A stretch of 64,000 bases of DNA. Origin: Candidatus Hodarchaeota archaeon. Lineage in GTDB: Archaea; Asgardarchaeota; Lokiarchaeia; Sigyniarchaeales; SOKP01. Made by a program: the position numbers and the translations under genes. Location: contig JBHLKM010000005.1 of the NCBI GenBank assembly GCA_048886685.1, positions 200,659 to 264,658 of the forward strand, written 5' to 3'. The notes under the pieces are model-generated. The model searched no databases. It had not been told where the DNA came from and saw nothing but the letters and a program-made list of their open reading frames with translations. Shown piece after piece: positions 18,605 to 28,838 of the stretch (within the stretch, counting starts at the first letter, position 1; every line of letters starts with the position of its first letter).

Positions 18605-19162
18605 TTGGGAGAATCTGAGCAGGATGAAATAGAATTGGCTTTTAAGATATGTGTTTTTGGCGATACCGCGGTCGGAAAAACGTCCTTAGTTGATCGTTAT
18701 CTTACAAATGAATTCCATGAAAATATTCAAGCAACTCTCGGTGCATCAATTCACATTAAATTCATGCCAGTGAAGAATGGAAAAATAACGCTTCAAATCT
18801 GGGATTTTGGAGGTCATCAAAATTTTATGTTCCTTGTTTCCTCCTATGCGAAAGGTTCTTCAGGAGCAATTTTTATGTTTGACCTTACAAGTTTTAAAAG
18901 CTTAAAAAATTTAAATAATTGGTTAACAGAATTTAAGAAAATATCAGGAGTCATTCCTCTTATTTTGGTGGGAAATAAATTAGATCTTGAACAAGAAAGG
19001 GTTTGTAAAAAGGAAGAAGCTTTTGATTTAATGAAATCATATAAATTCTTTAATTATGTTGAGTGCTCTGCTAAAACTGGAGAGAATATACAATCTGTAT
19101 TTAAATTGTTATTACTAGAAATTTTATACAAAACTGGACGTAAGCACGTAATATTGCTTTAA
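18605..19162 (+). CDS. Rab-like small GTPase
   Basis: GDTAVGKTS, WDFGG, GNKLD, ECSAK; no C-terminal prenylation Cys. Confidence 0.93.
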   Translation: MGESEQDEIELAFKICVFGDTAVGKTSLVDRYLTNEFHENIQATLGASIHIKFMPVKNGKITLQIWDFGGHQNFMFLVSSYAKGSSGAIFMFDLTSFKSLKNLNNWLTEFKKISGVIPLILVGNKLDLEQERVCKKEEAFDLMKSYKFFNYVECSAKTGENIQSVFKLLLLEILYKTGRKHVILL

Positions 19163-19239
19163 ATAGAGACAAATCTAAAAATATTGCTTAATACTCAATT
19201 GTCAAAAAAAAAAAATGATAAATTTATAAGTTTTTTTAA

Positions 19240-19917
19240 TTATAGATTTACAGAAAGTAATAATCCTAATACAATAGAGAATTGGGCGAAGATATATGTA
19301 CTCATAATAATAAGCCTTGCATTAGTAAACTCTCCGCTCCACTTATTCACAGCAATACAGGCGTCAGAGAAAATAAAAGAAATTGAACCAACATAAACGA
19401 AAGTAAATGGTAGTCCTTGAAACTCTGTAAATCTAAAGATTGCTGCTATATGCATTAATAAGATCGCTACTAAATAGACTAAAACAGGAATCTTCATATC
19501 TTCGGTTTTGTTAATAAATCTTGGTACCGTAAATAAAATTACTAAGATTGCTGGTCCTAGTAAAAAGTATCCCCACGCATCAAAATTTGTAATATCAGCT
19601 ATAGATAAGAAGAATGATATTATATAGAAAATCTGGTTAATCAAGAAAGCCCCCATCCCAAATATAAACCATTTATCCTGGTTTTCAAGCATCAAAAAAA
19701 TATCTCCAGCACATCCACCAAGTAAGGCAATAATAATTAACCAGTTAACATCTGTTATTGAGCTTGCTTCAACTATTCCGAAAATATAAAATAAAATCAG
19801 TAAAGGCATCAAAAGTGGCTTAGTACAATATTCGAGTTTTTTATTTTCTTTATATTCACCAAACACTTCTACTAAGGCAAAAATAAAGAATAGAATCAAA
19901 AAGATGTATTCAATCAT
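19240..19917 (-). CDS. YhhN/TMEM86 lysoplasmalogenase-like membrane protein
   Basis: TKPLLMPLL, GDIFLM, FIFSD, TYIFAQ. Confidence 0.88.
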   Translation of the reverse strand: MIEYIFLILFFIFALVEVFGEYKENKKLEYCTKPLLMPLLILFYIFGIVEASSITDVNWLIIIALLGGCAGDIFLMLENQDKWFIFGMGAFLINQIFYIISFFLSIADITNFDAWGYFLLGPAILVILFTVPRFINKTEDMKIPVLVYLVAILLMHIAAIFRFTEFQGLPFTFVYVGSISFIFSDACIAVNKWSGEFTNARLIIMSTYIFAQFSIVLGLLLSVNL

Positions 19918-20124
19918 AATTTTTCATTCTTGAATTATATGATGTAATGATAACCTATTAATTAATAAAGAATTAAATAATTTTAGTATAGTGATTTACA
20001 GATTTGTGAGTCTAATCTCCCGTTCATGGTAAAATTTCCAATAAGAAATTTTAAAAATTTTTTTTCCTTTAAACATATAATTTAACCTTAATCTGTTAGT
20101 TATAGTGTAAAAAGTTGAAAATCT

Positions 20125-21039
20125 ATGCAATTTGGGATGCAAGTATCCAATTACTTTACCACATGGGAAAGCATACTCTCAACGATTAAAGAAATCGAAG
20201 CGGGTCGTTGGCACAGTCTTTGGTTCTCAGATCATTTTCTAGTCCCTATTCCAGGATCAGGTTTGGAGTCTAGAGAAGCCCTAGAAGGTTGGTCATTAAT
20301 TACAGCTACCGCTGCTGTTACTAAACGTCTTCGACTAGGTATACTCGTCACAGGCAATATTTTCAGAAATCCAGCATTACTTGCCAAGATGTCAGCCACA
20401 GTGGACCATATCTCTAATGGACGTTTTATCCTTGGTATTGGTGCAGGTTGGTTTAAGCAAGAGCATGAAACCTTCGGTTGGGAGTTTCCAAGTGTTAAGG
20501 AGAGATGTGATCGTTTAGAGGAAGCTGTTGAGTTGATCAAAAAGCTGTTCACAACTGAAGGACCAATTGATTATAACGGTCGTTATTACAAGCTTAATAA
20601 GGCATATTTTTCACCTACTTGTATCCAGAAGCCGCATGTTCCTATTTTGGTCGGTGGAAATGGTGAGAAAAGGACGCTTCGTACTCTCGCTCGATTCGGT
20701 GACATTTGTAATATTGATTTTAATCCACCTGGATCTCCTGAAATATTTAAACATAAATTAGAAGTGTTAGAACATCATTGCAGAGAAATAGGTCGTGATC
20801 CAGCTGAGATCAAGAAATCAATGTTGATTCCCCTTCGTCTTGAAAATGACGAGAAAAAAGCGGCTCAACTTCGAAAACAACGAGGAGAATGGGTTTTATT
20901 CGGCACAAAGTCGTTTATAATTGACCGTATTCAACAATATATAGACGCAGGTGCCGAAGAGATCATGTTTGGCGGATTACCAACCAATCCACAACTATTT
21001 AAGATAATTAATGACGAGATTCTGTCTGCATTCGATTAA
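20125..21039 (+). CDS. LLM-class (probably F420-dependent) oxidoreductase
   Basis: WFSDHF, FRNPALLAKMSATVDHISNGRFILGIGAGW. Confidence 0.93.
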   Translation: MQFGMQVSNYFTTWESILSTIKEIEAGRWHSLWFSDHFLVPIPGSGLESREALEGWSLITATAAVTKRLRLGILVTGNIFRNPALLAKMSATVDHISNGRFILGIGAGWFKQEHETFGWEFPSVKERCDRLEEAVELIKKLFTTEGPIDYNGRYYKLNKAYFSPTCIQKPHVPILVGGNGEKRTLRTLARFGDICNIDFNPPGSPEIFKHKLEVLEHHCREIGRDPAEIKKSMLIPLRLENDEKKAAQLRKQRGEWVLFGTKSFIIDRIQQYIDAGAEEIMFGGLPTNPQLFKIINDEILSAFD

Positions 21040-21171
21040 TTAATTATTTACATTCCTCTATGTTTGAGATCTAAATTAGTTTATAAATAAAATCCTTTTT
21101 TTTTAATTTCTTTAAAACTTAAGTTATTGAAACAGCTTCTTTTTAGTTCTCATAAAGAATTGAAGGTTCGA

Positions 21172-22545
21172 TTATTGTATTTGATTTATTGCATCTTGAA
21201 ATATTTCTAACCCCCGATCTACATCATCTTTAGAAGTTATTAATGGTGGGCTAAAGAGTAATATTGAACTATTTCGTGTTCTCATCATTGATGTGCCAAT
21301 AATTAATCCATTGGATACTGACATAGCTTGAATTCTATTGCATTTACTTATATCAGGCTCTTTAGTCTCTTTATCTTTCACTACTTCTAAACCAATAAGA
21401 AGCCCTTTACCCCGAATTTCCCCAAAAAAATCATAGTCCTTAGCAATATCTCCTAGGTTCTTCAAAAAATATTCCCCTACAACCTTTGAGTTTTCCGGGA
21501 GATTTTTTTCTAATATCACCTTTATATTTGCTAAAGCTGCTGCACAAGCAGCCGGATGATTCATGCTTGTTATTCCCATTACTCCTCGTCTCCAATATTT
21601 CTCAGTAAATGTGCCAGCTGCGCCCAAGGATTTAGCAATCTTTTCTTGTATCAATACTGCCGAACATGGAATATAAAATGATGTAAGCCCTTTAGCTATC
21701 GTCATAATGTCTGGGATTAAGTCCCAATGTTCACAAGCAAACAATTTCCCAGTTCGGCCAAAACCAGTAAGAACTTCGTCTATGATTAATAATATATTAT
21801 ACTTATCACAAATTTGTCTTATCATTGGAAAATATTCTTTTGGTGGTATAACAACTCCTCCCCACCCGATTATTGGTTCTGCTATAACTGCAGCAACTTG
21901 TTGGGAATCTTCATAATGAATCATATGTTCGATAAATTTAGCACACATTACTCCACATTTAGGATATTTTAATCCAAAATCACATCGGTAACAATATGGT
22001 GGTGGTACATGAATAAAACCTGGCATATTAGGATCAAAATCCATTTTATAGTTTAGAACTCCGCTAGCACTTAAAGTTGCTGCAGTATTGCCATGATATC
22101 CTCCCCAAAGCGAAATTATTTTCGATCTTTTTGTATACCGTCGTGCTATCTTAATGGCTTGCTCATTCGCTTCAGAACCACCACAAATCGTAAACGATCT
22201 AGTTAAACCTCGAGGGGCCATTTCTGCTAAGAGTTTTATAAGTTTAATAGATGGGACATTCATTGGTATTCCCATCAGACCAGCTGTTGATTCTAATTGT
22301 TTTATTATAGAATTAATAACATCTCGATTACCATAACCAATATTAGTACAAGTTGCACCAGCTAAGAAATCTAAATATTCATTTTCACTTGTATCGATAA
22401 GTCTAATGCCATCAACTCTTTTAACAACTATAGGAAGATGAGCATGAGGTACAAAAGCAAAATTTTTATCCCATTCTATTAGTTTTTCGGTGTCATCTGT
22501 TCTTAAAATTTGATTTATTGTATTGATAAGCTCATTATCTTTCAA
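21172..22545 (-). CDS. Class III PLP aminotransferase
   Basis: GGSEANE, YHGNT, DEVLTGFGRTG, TIAKGL. Confidence 0.93.
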   Translation of the reverse strand: MKDNELINTINQILRTDDTEKLIEWDKNFAFVPHAHLPIVVKRVDGIRLIDTSENEYLDFLAGATCTNIGYGNRDVINSIIKQLESTAGLMGIPMNVPSIKLIKLLAEMAPRGLTRSFTICGGSEANEQAIKIARRYTKRSKIISLWGGYHGNTAATLSASGVLNYKMDFDPNMPGFIHVPPPYCYRCDFGLKYPKCGVMCAKFIEHMIHYEDSQQVAAVIAEPIIGWGGVVIPPKEYFPMIRQICDKYNILLIIDEVLTGFGRTGKLFACEHWDLIPDIMTIAKGLTSFYIPCSAVLIQEKIAKSLGAAGTFTEKYWRRGVMGITSMNHPAACAAALANIKVILEKNLPENSKVVGEYFLKNLGDIAKDYDFFGEIRGKGLLIGLEVVKDKETKEPDISKCNRIQAMSVSNGLIIGTSMMRTRNSSILLFSPPLITSKDDVDRGLEIFQDAINQIQ

Positions 22546-22731
22546 GATTATCTTCTCAACTATTTTTTATTAATACTAACTTTGACTCCCATAAAAAATT
22601 TAGGGATTTTTTATAAACCAGAAAAATGGGATTCATAGTATAATTGTTGAGATATATGAAAATATGAATAGATTTATTATCTCACTATGCACCAAAAGAT
22701 TTATATAGGAAAAAAGATATTTGTTCTATGA

Positions 22732-22764
22732 CGAACATTCGATTTCGAACATTCGATTTCGAAT
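22732..22764. promoter_or_regulatory. Tandem 14-bp repeat forming two ATTCGA-TT-TCGAA(C/T) palindromes; candidate MarR operator
   Basis: cgaacattcgattt x2; perfect inverted repeat at 22751-22764; upstream of an operon ending in MarR. Confidence 0.45.
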
Positions 22765-22908
22765 CATTAAAAATTGAGGAATTAAGTATGGATACAATGC
22801 CATTCTATTTCGAAATTTATAATTATCAATGTAGAAAACATTCAACTTCTGAAAAAAAGGAAGATTATAAAGAAAAAAGGATTATTGAAATAATTAATTC
22901 TAATTTCT

Positions 22909-23496
22909 ATGAGGAAGGTAAGAAAAGTGAATAAAGTTAAAACTGGTTGGAAGTTGCCGTTATTGCCTTTACCAGTATGTCTTTTAGGTGTACATGTTAA
23001 TGGTAAACCAAATTTCAATACTATTGTGTGGTTTAACATGCTACATGACAATCCACCTTTAATTGGTATTGCAATGGCTAAGAGGCATTATACTAATCGA
23101 GGTGTTAAGCAAAATAGATCATTTAGTGTCAATATACCCACAAGTGATATGGTCGTTGTAACGGATTATTGTGGGCTATATTCTGGCTCAAAAATTGATA
23201 AATCAAAGGAATTTGAAATCTTTTATGGAGAACTTAAAACAGCACCAATGATTAAGGAATGTAGTATAAACATTGAGTGTAAGTTAGTTAATATTAAAGA
23301 GTTCAAGAATACAGATCTATTTATTGGAGAAATTGTTGAAATATATTCAGATGAGAAGTATATTAAAGAGAAAAAACCAGACGTAAAGAAATTTGACTCA
23401 TTTATTTTTTTAATGCCCAACGGCCCATACTGGAAAATAGGGGATTATTTAGCTGAAGCATATGAAGTGGGTAAAAATTATAAACCAAAACAATAA
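22909..23496 (+). CDS. Flavin reductase-like FMN-binding protein
   Basis: GKPNF, FSVNIP, DYCGLYSG, APMIKECSINIEC. Confidence 0.9.
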   Translation: MRKVRKVNKVKTGWKLPLLPLPVCLLGVHVNGKPNFNTIVWFNMLHDNPPLIGIAMAKRHYTNRGVKQNRSFSVNIPTSDMVVVTDYCGLYSGSKIDKSKEFEIFYGELKTAPMIKECSINIECKLVNIKEFKNTDLFIGEIVEIYSDEKYIKEKKPDVKKFDSFIFLMPNGPYWKIGDYLAEAYEVGKNYKPKQ

Positions 23497-23514
23497 TAAA
23501 TTTTAATAGTAGAG

Positions 23515-23994
23515 TTGAGAGATATGGAACTAGAAGAAGCAAAACAATTAAGTTTGAAGTTAATAGAAACCTCTAAAGCCGTTTATTTAACGACTATTGA
23601 CTCTTTGGGATACCCAATAACTAGAGCAATGTTTAATTTAAGAAATAAAGATCAATTTCCTGAATTTACAGACTTTTTCGCTGAGCAAGACTATGAATTT
23701 GTAATATATATCTCGACAAATACTTCATCATCGAAAATTGATCATATAAAGAAGAATCCTAAAATTTCTGTTTACTTCTGCGATCCCGATGATTTTAAAG
23801 GAGTTATGCTTGGGGGTGAGGTAGAAATTGTTGATGATATAAAAATAAAACAAAAAATTTGGTTAGATTGGTGGACAAGGTATTATTCAGAAGGATTAGA
23901 AGATCCTGATTATACCTTGCTACGATTGAATCCTAATAATGCAAGATTTTATTTTAGACTAAATCAAGTTAATTTTAATCCAGGAGAAAAATAA
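23515..23994 (+). CDS. Pyridoxamine 5'-phosphate oxidase-like / general stress protein
   Basis: LTTIDSLGYPITRAM, STNTSSSK, EDPDY. Confidence 0.88.
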   Translation: MRDMELEEAKQLSLKLIETSKAVYLTTIDSLGYPITRAMFNLRNKDQFPEFTDFFAEQDYEFVIYISTNTSSSKIDHIKKNPKISVYFCDPDDFKGVMLGGEVEIVDDIKIKQKIWLDWWTRYYSEGLEDPDYTLLRLNPNNARFYFRLNQVNFNPGEK

Positions 23995-24446
23995 TGGAAA
24001 AGCTAAGAGAAGGAGGATTTTTGATCTCCAAGATTCAAAAGTTATCTAGTCGGATTTTTGCTAAATTACTTCGTGAATTTAAAGCTATTGAAATTAATCC
24101 TGCTCAGGGTAGAGTAATGTTTCCACTCTGGAAATCGACTAAAGATAAAATTTCCTTCCATGAATTATTACAAATGACATCATTAAGTAAAGCAACATTA
24201 TCTCATATGTTAGATAATCTAGAAAAGGTGGGACATATAAGGCGAATACGTCCAAAAGAAGATGAAGATAAACGATCTGTATATATCAAATTAACAGAAA
24301 AAGATAAAAAATTGCAGGATAAATACATCGAAGTTTCCAATCGAATGAAAGATATATATTATAACGATTTTACCGAAGAAGATATAGATAAGTTTGAAAG
24401 CTATTTAAGAAGAATTTTAGATAATTTAACAGATTTTAGTGAATGA
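23994..24446 (+). CDS. MarR family regulator
   Basis: SKATLSHMLDNLEKVGHIRR...DKRSVYIKLT; start overlaps the upstream stop. Confidence 0.92.
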   Translation: MEKLREGGFLISKIQKLSSRIFAKLLREFKAIEINPAQGRVMFPLWKSTKDKISFHELLQMTSLSKATLSHMLDNLEKVGHIRRIRPKEDEDKRSVYIKLTEKDKKLQDKYIEVSNRMKDIYYNDFTEEDIDKFESYLRRILDNLTDFSE

Positions 24447-24470
24447 ACTAAGTTATAATTTGATAATTAT

Positions 24471-24701
24471 TTAACCATCCGGTCTTTTTATTCTTTTTAT
24501 TTCTCTAATAATTTTTAATAAATAACAATAAGAACAGTAAAAGGTTATTTCTGGATTTTGCCATAATTTTATGATTTTATCATGATGTGGTTCAGGATAT
24601 TTCTGTATGAAATTACTGAATTTATATTCTTTTGTGCAATTTCCACAATATCTGATTGAACTATGCCCAATGGAAGTGGAAAATTCTTTTGATTTCACCA
24701 T
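24471..24701 (-). CDS. Small Zn-finger protein
   Basis: CGNC...CSYC. Confidence 0.65.
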   Translation of the reverse strand: MVKSKEFSTSIGHSSIRYCGNCTKEYKFSNFIQKYPEPHHDKIIKLWQNPEITFYCSYCYLLKIIREIKRIKRPDG

Positions 24702-24734
24702 CCTTTTCTCTTCTCTTAAGTATCAGTTAATCAT

Positions 24735-25670
24735 CTAACTTACATCTTTCTTTCTAGATATTTTAGGTATATATATTTTAACTCCTGGAAAATGAATTTT
24801 AGGAACTTGAATTTTTTGTATAATCTTTCGTGTGTTAAAATCTTTATCTAATTCGATTTTCTGATCCTGAAATTTAACAGAAGTTATATCAATTTCACGA
24901 TTTACAGTATAAACAGGAGATTCTTTCTCTTTCTTATCCAATTTACGTAATTCACCTTCCATTTTCTCTTGTACGTCTTTTTCTAATACATTTTCCTTAA
25001 ATTTATCATTTTTAATAATTTCCTCTTCAATTGATTCTATGAAATCTATAAACTGGTATTTTTTCTCTCTTAGTATTGTCTCATAATGTTTTCTAAAATT
25101 CTCAATAATCTCAAATTCCTTAAATTTATCATACTCAAACACCCATCCTGTATCTACATCATATAACATCCCTGTAATTTTCACTTCTGGAAAATATTTC
25201 TGTATTCTTTGCAAAGATTTTACTTGTTGTTTTATATTTCTCAATTCATCAATGAATGGTTTAAAGAAATCTCTCACTTTAGAAAAGAGATCTAATTTTT
25301 CCCTTGACTCATAAGAAAGAAATTCAAATGGTATTTTCTGTTTTAATTCTACCAATTGAATTTTTGTCATACCGCAGTCCAAATGACCTAAAATTATAAT
25401 ATATTCAATATTATATTGATAAACAGTAAGTAAAATTGATCTTAACGCATCTTGAGTGAAAATATTTCCTGCATTTCTTAAAACAAATACATCTCCAGGA
25501 TTTAGTTGAAAAATTCGATGAACATCTATTCGTGGGTCTATGCAAGTAAGAATTAGTACAGGATATTTCGGTATCTTTCCTTCTGGTTCAATTTTTTCTA
25601 ATTCTTTTAAAATTTTTAAACGGAACTGATAATTTCCATTTAGAAACATATCAATAATATTTTCTATCAT
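24735..25670 (-). CDS. Beta-class carbonic anhydrase with a charged C-terminal extension
   Basis: TCIDPR, RNAGN, GHLDCG. Confidence 0.9.
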   Translation of the reverse strand: MIENIIDMFLNGNYQFRLKILKELEKIEPEGKIPKYPVLILTCIDPRIDVHRIFQLNPGDVFVLRNAGNIFTQDALRSILLTVYQYNIEYIIILGHLDCGMTKIQLVELKQKIPFEFLSYESREKLDLFSKVRDFFKPFIDELRNIKQQVKSLQRIQKYFPEVKITGMLYDVDTGWVFEYDKFKEFEIIENFRKHYETILREKKYQFIDFIESIEEEIIKNDKFKENVLEKDVQEKMEGELRKLDKKEKESPVYTVNREIDITSVKFQDQKIELDKDFNTRKIIQKIQVPKIHFPGVKIYIPKISRKKDVS

Positions 25671-25682
25671 GATTTTTCTATT

Positions 25683-26504
25683 TTAATTTATTGAATTTGA
25701 ATATATTACTAAACCATCTTCTTTTATCATGCTTCTCATATGACTTATATTTTTCTTATGTTCAGGTAAAAAGATTAAAGTGATTCCCCTAAATAAAATA
25801 AAAATACTAGCAGCATAAAAACAACAGCCTATAATTCCCTTAATTAAGTCTTTACTCCCTACTTTAAGATTAAGATCTAAACTAACGTTAAAGAATTCGT
25901 CATTACTATGATCAAAAAGTATTATGATTACAGAAATAATTAAACAAATATAGAAAGGTTCAAATAAAATCTGAAAATTTCCTATAACTAATTGATTAAA
26001 TACATTTAATATGACCGAAATCCCTAAATAATAAAACACAAACAAAATAATCACCAACCCCGCTAACGAAGATATAGAATTTAATGAATTATAAAGCTTT
26101 AAACTAAAATTTATACGATTTTCCTTTTTTTTATCTGTAGTATTAAGAAAGTCTTCATCAATTTTACAAATTAAAATTAAAAATCCCTTGATTAGAATAA
26201 ATATCCCTGTTCCATGAAATATGCATCCAATTATCCCCCAACACATAGCATCGAGAATGATGTGGTCAAACTCTTCATTGTATATCCTTGGGGAAATATA
26301 ATTTTTATCATAATTATAGAGCAAAAATCCTATAATGGAACCCAATAGGTATGTTGAGAATAAATGAATCCGATCAAAAGGATTTACTAAAATCTCAAGA
26401 AAAAATATAAAAAATATAATGGATACACATAAAGGAGGAATATATGAAATTTTATCGAAAAAATGTATGAATTTTTTAACATATTCTACTGATTTATTAT
26501 CCAT
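25683..26504 (-). CDS. Membrane protein with an internal duplication
   Basis: GIIGCIFHGTGIFILIKG and GIIGCCFYAASIFILFRG; multiple TM segments. Confidence 0.75.
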   Translation of the reverse strand: MDNKSVEYVKKFIHFFDKISYIPPLCVSIIFFIFFLEILVNPFDRIHLFSTYLLGSIIGFLLYNYDKNYISPRIYNEEFDHIILDAMCWGIIGCIFHGTGIFILIKGFLILICKIDEDFLNTTDKKKENRINFSLKLYNSLNSISSLAGLVIILFVFYYLGISVILNVFNQLVIGNFQILFEPFYICLIISVIIILFDHSNDEFFNVSLDLNLKVGSKDLIKGIIGCCFYAASIFILFRGITLIFLPEHKKNISHMRSMIKEDGLVIYSNSIN

Positions 26505-26566
26505 TTCTTAAAATCCTCTTTTATTAATTATCGATTTAAAAAAAAATATTGGAAAAATTTGAATAA

Positions 26567-27736
26567 CTATTTTTTAACTAATATTTCCTTAATTTTCTCA
26601 GATCCACCATTACCAAAAAATTCCTTAATTTTATCAGAATACTCAGGTAAAAGCTGTAAGAACGGCATAATTGCTTTTGAAAGTGACGAAAACGCTTCAT
26701 TGCCATCACCCATGATAAACATTTTATCAGGATTTATATGTTTAAATATTTCAGGTAAAATATTAGTCAATTGAACCGCTAAGAACCTTTCGTCTGCGCT
26801 TCCCATAGCTTCTACTTGTTTCTTAAAACCCTCTGCTTGAGCCAACATTTGTCGCTTTATATTCTCAGATTCACCTTCAGCTTGGGCTATTAACTTCCTT
26901 TTTATTTGTTGAGCGTCCGCATCAGCTTCAATAATTTTTTTCTGTCTTTCACCATCAGCTTCAATCCTTTTACGTTCTCTTTCTTGTTCTGCGATTGCTA
27001 TTTCTTTATCTTTTCGCCGTAATTCAATTTCTCTCTCAACAGATTGTTCTTGAATTCCTACCTCATTTTTAACTTCTAATTCTCTTAATTTTGACACTCT
27101 TTCGGCTTCAGCTTTAGCAATTCTAGCTTTTCTAAGTTCTTCGGCCTGTTTAGTAGCCTCCATATTCCTTTTTAAATCAGGTTCTACTATAATTACCTCT
27201 AAAATTTCTAAGGATTCAATGACGATACCCCAATCAGCTGTCAGTTCATGTAAATCTTTCTCAACATGATCGATTATTTCCCTTCTTTCTCTAATGATCT
27301 TTTCCAATGGCATGTTAGCACAAGTGGTACGAATAATTGCTTCTGCTGCACCCTTTAGTATTTTTTCAACATAGTTATCATCTCTTATATTCCATGATAC
27401 AGCACTAAACGCTTTTTCCGGATCAATGACTTTCCAAATCAACAAACCTTCAATTTCAATATTTTGATACTCATTTGAAACTACTTGTTCATGTGCTTCA
27501 ACTACAGTTTGAATACTTGTGGTTGGAATTACGATATATTCATCTATTAATGGGAGTAAAAATAAACTACCTCCCAACCCTGCGTGTTTGACTTTACCAT
27601 TACGTAAATGAATAACAAACTGGTTTGTTTTGAATTTTCTATATCTCGCAGCTAAAAATATTACGAATAGAAATACTACAATCCCTACTGTGACTCCAAT
27701 CCCTACGAAAACAGGATTTAATTCTTGAAATATCAA
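26567..27736 (-). CDS. SPFH/flotillin-like protein
   Basis: N-terminal TM, band-7 domain (EAIIRTTCANMPLEKII...WGIVIESLEI), AEA-rich coiled coil. Confidence 0.92.
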   Translation of the reverse strand: MIFQELNPVFVGIGVTVGIVVFLFVIFLAARYRKFKTNQFVIHLRNGKVKHAGLGGSLFLLPLIDEYIVIPTTSIQTVVEAHEQVVSNEYQNIEIEGLLIWKVIDPEKAFSAVSWNIRDDNYVEKILKGAAEAIIRTTCANMPLEKIIRERREIIDHVEKDLHELTADWGIVIESLEILEVIIVEPDLKRNMEATKQAEELRKARIAKAEAERVSKLRELEVKNEVGIQEQSVEREIELRRKDKEIAIAEQERERKRIEADGERQKKIIEADADAQQIKRKLIAQAEGESENIKRQMLAQAEGFKKQVEAMGSADERFLAVQLTNILPEIFKHINPDKMFIMGDGNEAFSSLSKAIMPFLQLLPEYSDKIKEFFGNGGSEKIKEILVKK

Positions 27737-27852
27737 CTTTTTTTTAAAAACCTCCTTCTTTTTTTAATTTTAATTATAGAGCTTTAATTTTTTAGTTAAA
27801 TCTCGAAAATTCTTTACTAATTCTTTTGAAAAAATAAATTTAATTAGCATTT

Positions 27853-28797
27853 TTATCTCCTTTTTTTATTAATTGACTTTCTATTATTGTCCACTAATAA
27901 ATAACCATTTTTCACATCACATATGTATACCCGATCACCCCTTTCAAAAGTCGAATCTGCTATTATTGGTTTAACATGCAATCGTTCAAATTTTAATGGC
28001 GTTTTTGAAGGTACTTTAATTATTCCCCCTCTCTCATCAACTTTTAACATTACTTCCCCTTGTTTCCCAATTAAATTCATTGTAGATGATATTCGATAAT
28101 AACGTGATTTTGCCAGAATTTTCCAAAATGAATTTATTAATTTTACAGATAAAAATGAAATTATAGGAGTTAAAAAGAATATTAAATACCTGAAATTTGC
28201 TCCTACAAGATAATATAAAGATAAACCTGAAATTCCATAAACAAGAAATGCAGTTGAAAATAGAAGCATGATGGGAGCAGGAGTAATAGTGGATATTAAA
28301 CCTGAATCAAATTCGCCCTCCATTTCGACATCTAAATCAGAATCCACATCTACTCCTGCTTCAACATCTAGATCCGCTTCCACTTCAACAGCATCAACAT
28401 CGATTTCTGCCTCTATATCATAATCAACATCTACATCTGCGTCGAGATCGATATCGCTATCTATATCAATGTCTACTTCAGCATCAACATCTACATCAAC
28501 TTCAGCATCAACATCTACATCAACTTCAGCATCAACATCTACATCAACTTCAGCATCTATTTCACCAGCTCCCGTTATGTTTGACTCCATTTGAGCTAAA
28601 AATGTGGAAATAATCGATAATATAAATCCTCCTATAAAAAATCCCAAACATAGGCTCAGAAAAATGCCATAAAAATTATTATAGAAAAAACCAATGGATG
28701 TCATTAATAAACCAATGGCTATGATTAAAAATACAGCAATGTTATCCTTCCTTTTCCAACGAAGGTACATAAATCCTTTATAAAAATTTTTTCGCAT
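27853..28797 (-). CDS. NfeD/YqiJ-like flotillin partner with a long Asp/Val-rich loop
   Basis: TM helices, acidic repeat, C-terminal OB-like LIGKQGEV...FERGDRVYI; directly upstream of the SPFH gene. Confidence 0.8.
   Translation of the reverse strand: MRKNFYKGFMYLRWKRKDNIAVFLIIAIGLLMTSIGFFYNNFYGIFLSLCLGFFIGGFILSIISTFLAQMESNITGAGEIDAEVDVDVDAEVDVDVDAEVDVDVDAEVDIDIDSDIDLDADVDVDYDIEAEIDVDAVEVEADLDVEAGVDVDSDLDVEMEGEFDSGLISTITPAPIMLLFSTAFLVYGISGLSLYYLVGANFRYLIFFLTPIISFLSVKLINSFWKILAKSRYYRISSTMNLIGKQGEVMLKVDERGGIIKVPSKTPLKFERLHVKPIIADSTFERGDRVYICDVKNGYLLVDNNRKSINKKRR
28475..28557. repeat. 24-bp tandem repeat, about 3.5 copies, encoding DAEVDVDV
   Basis: acttcagcatcaacatctacatca x3 plus a partial copy. 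Confidence 0.95.
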
Positions 28798-28838
28798 TGA
28801 GGGCCTAATTTATTAAAATATAATTTTTTTGATGTAAA

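Noticed and set aside
22728-22934. 68-aa ORF upstream of the flavin reductase gene
   Set aside because: It has no recognisable motif and overlaps a candidate operator and the next gene.
28320-28560. Repeat array as a possible CRISPR
   Set aside because: There are no spacers; it is an in-frame coding tandem repeat.
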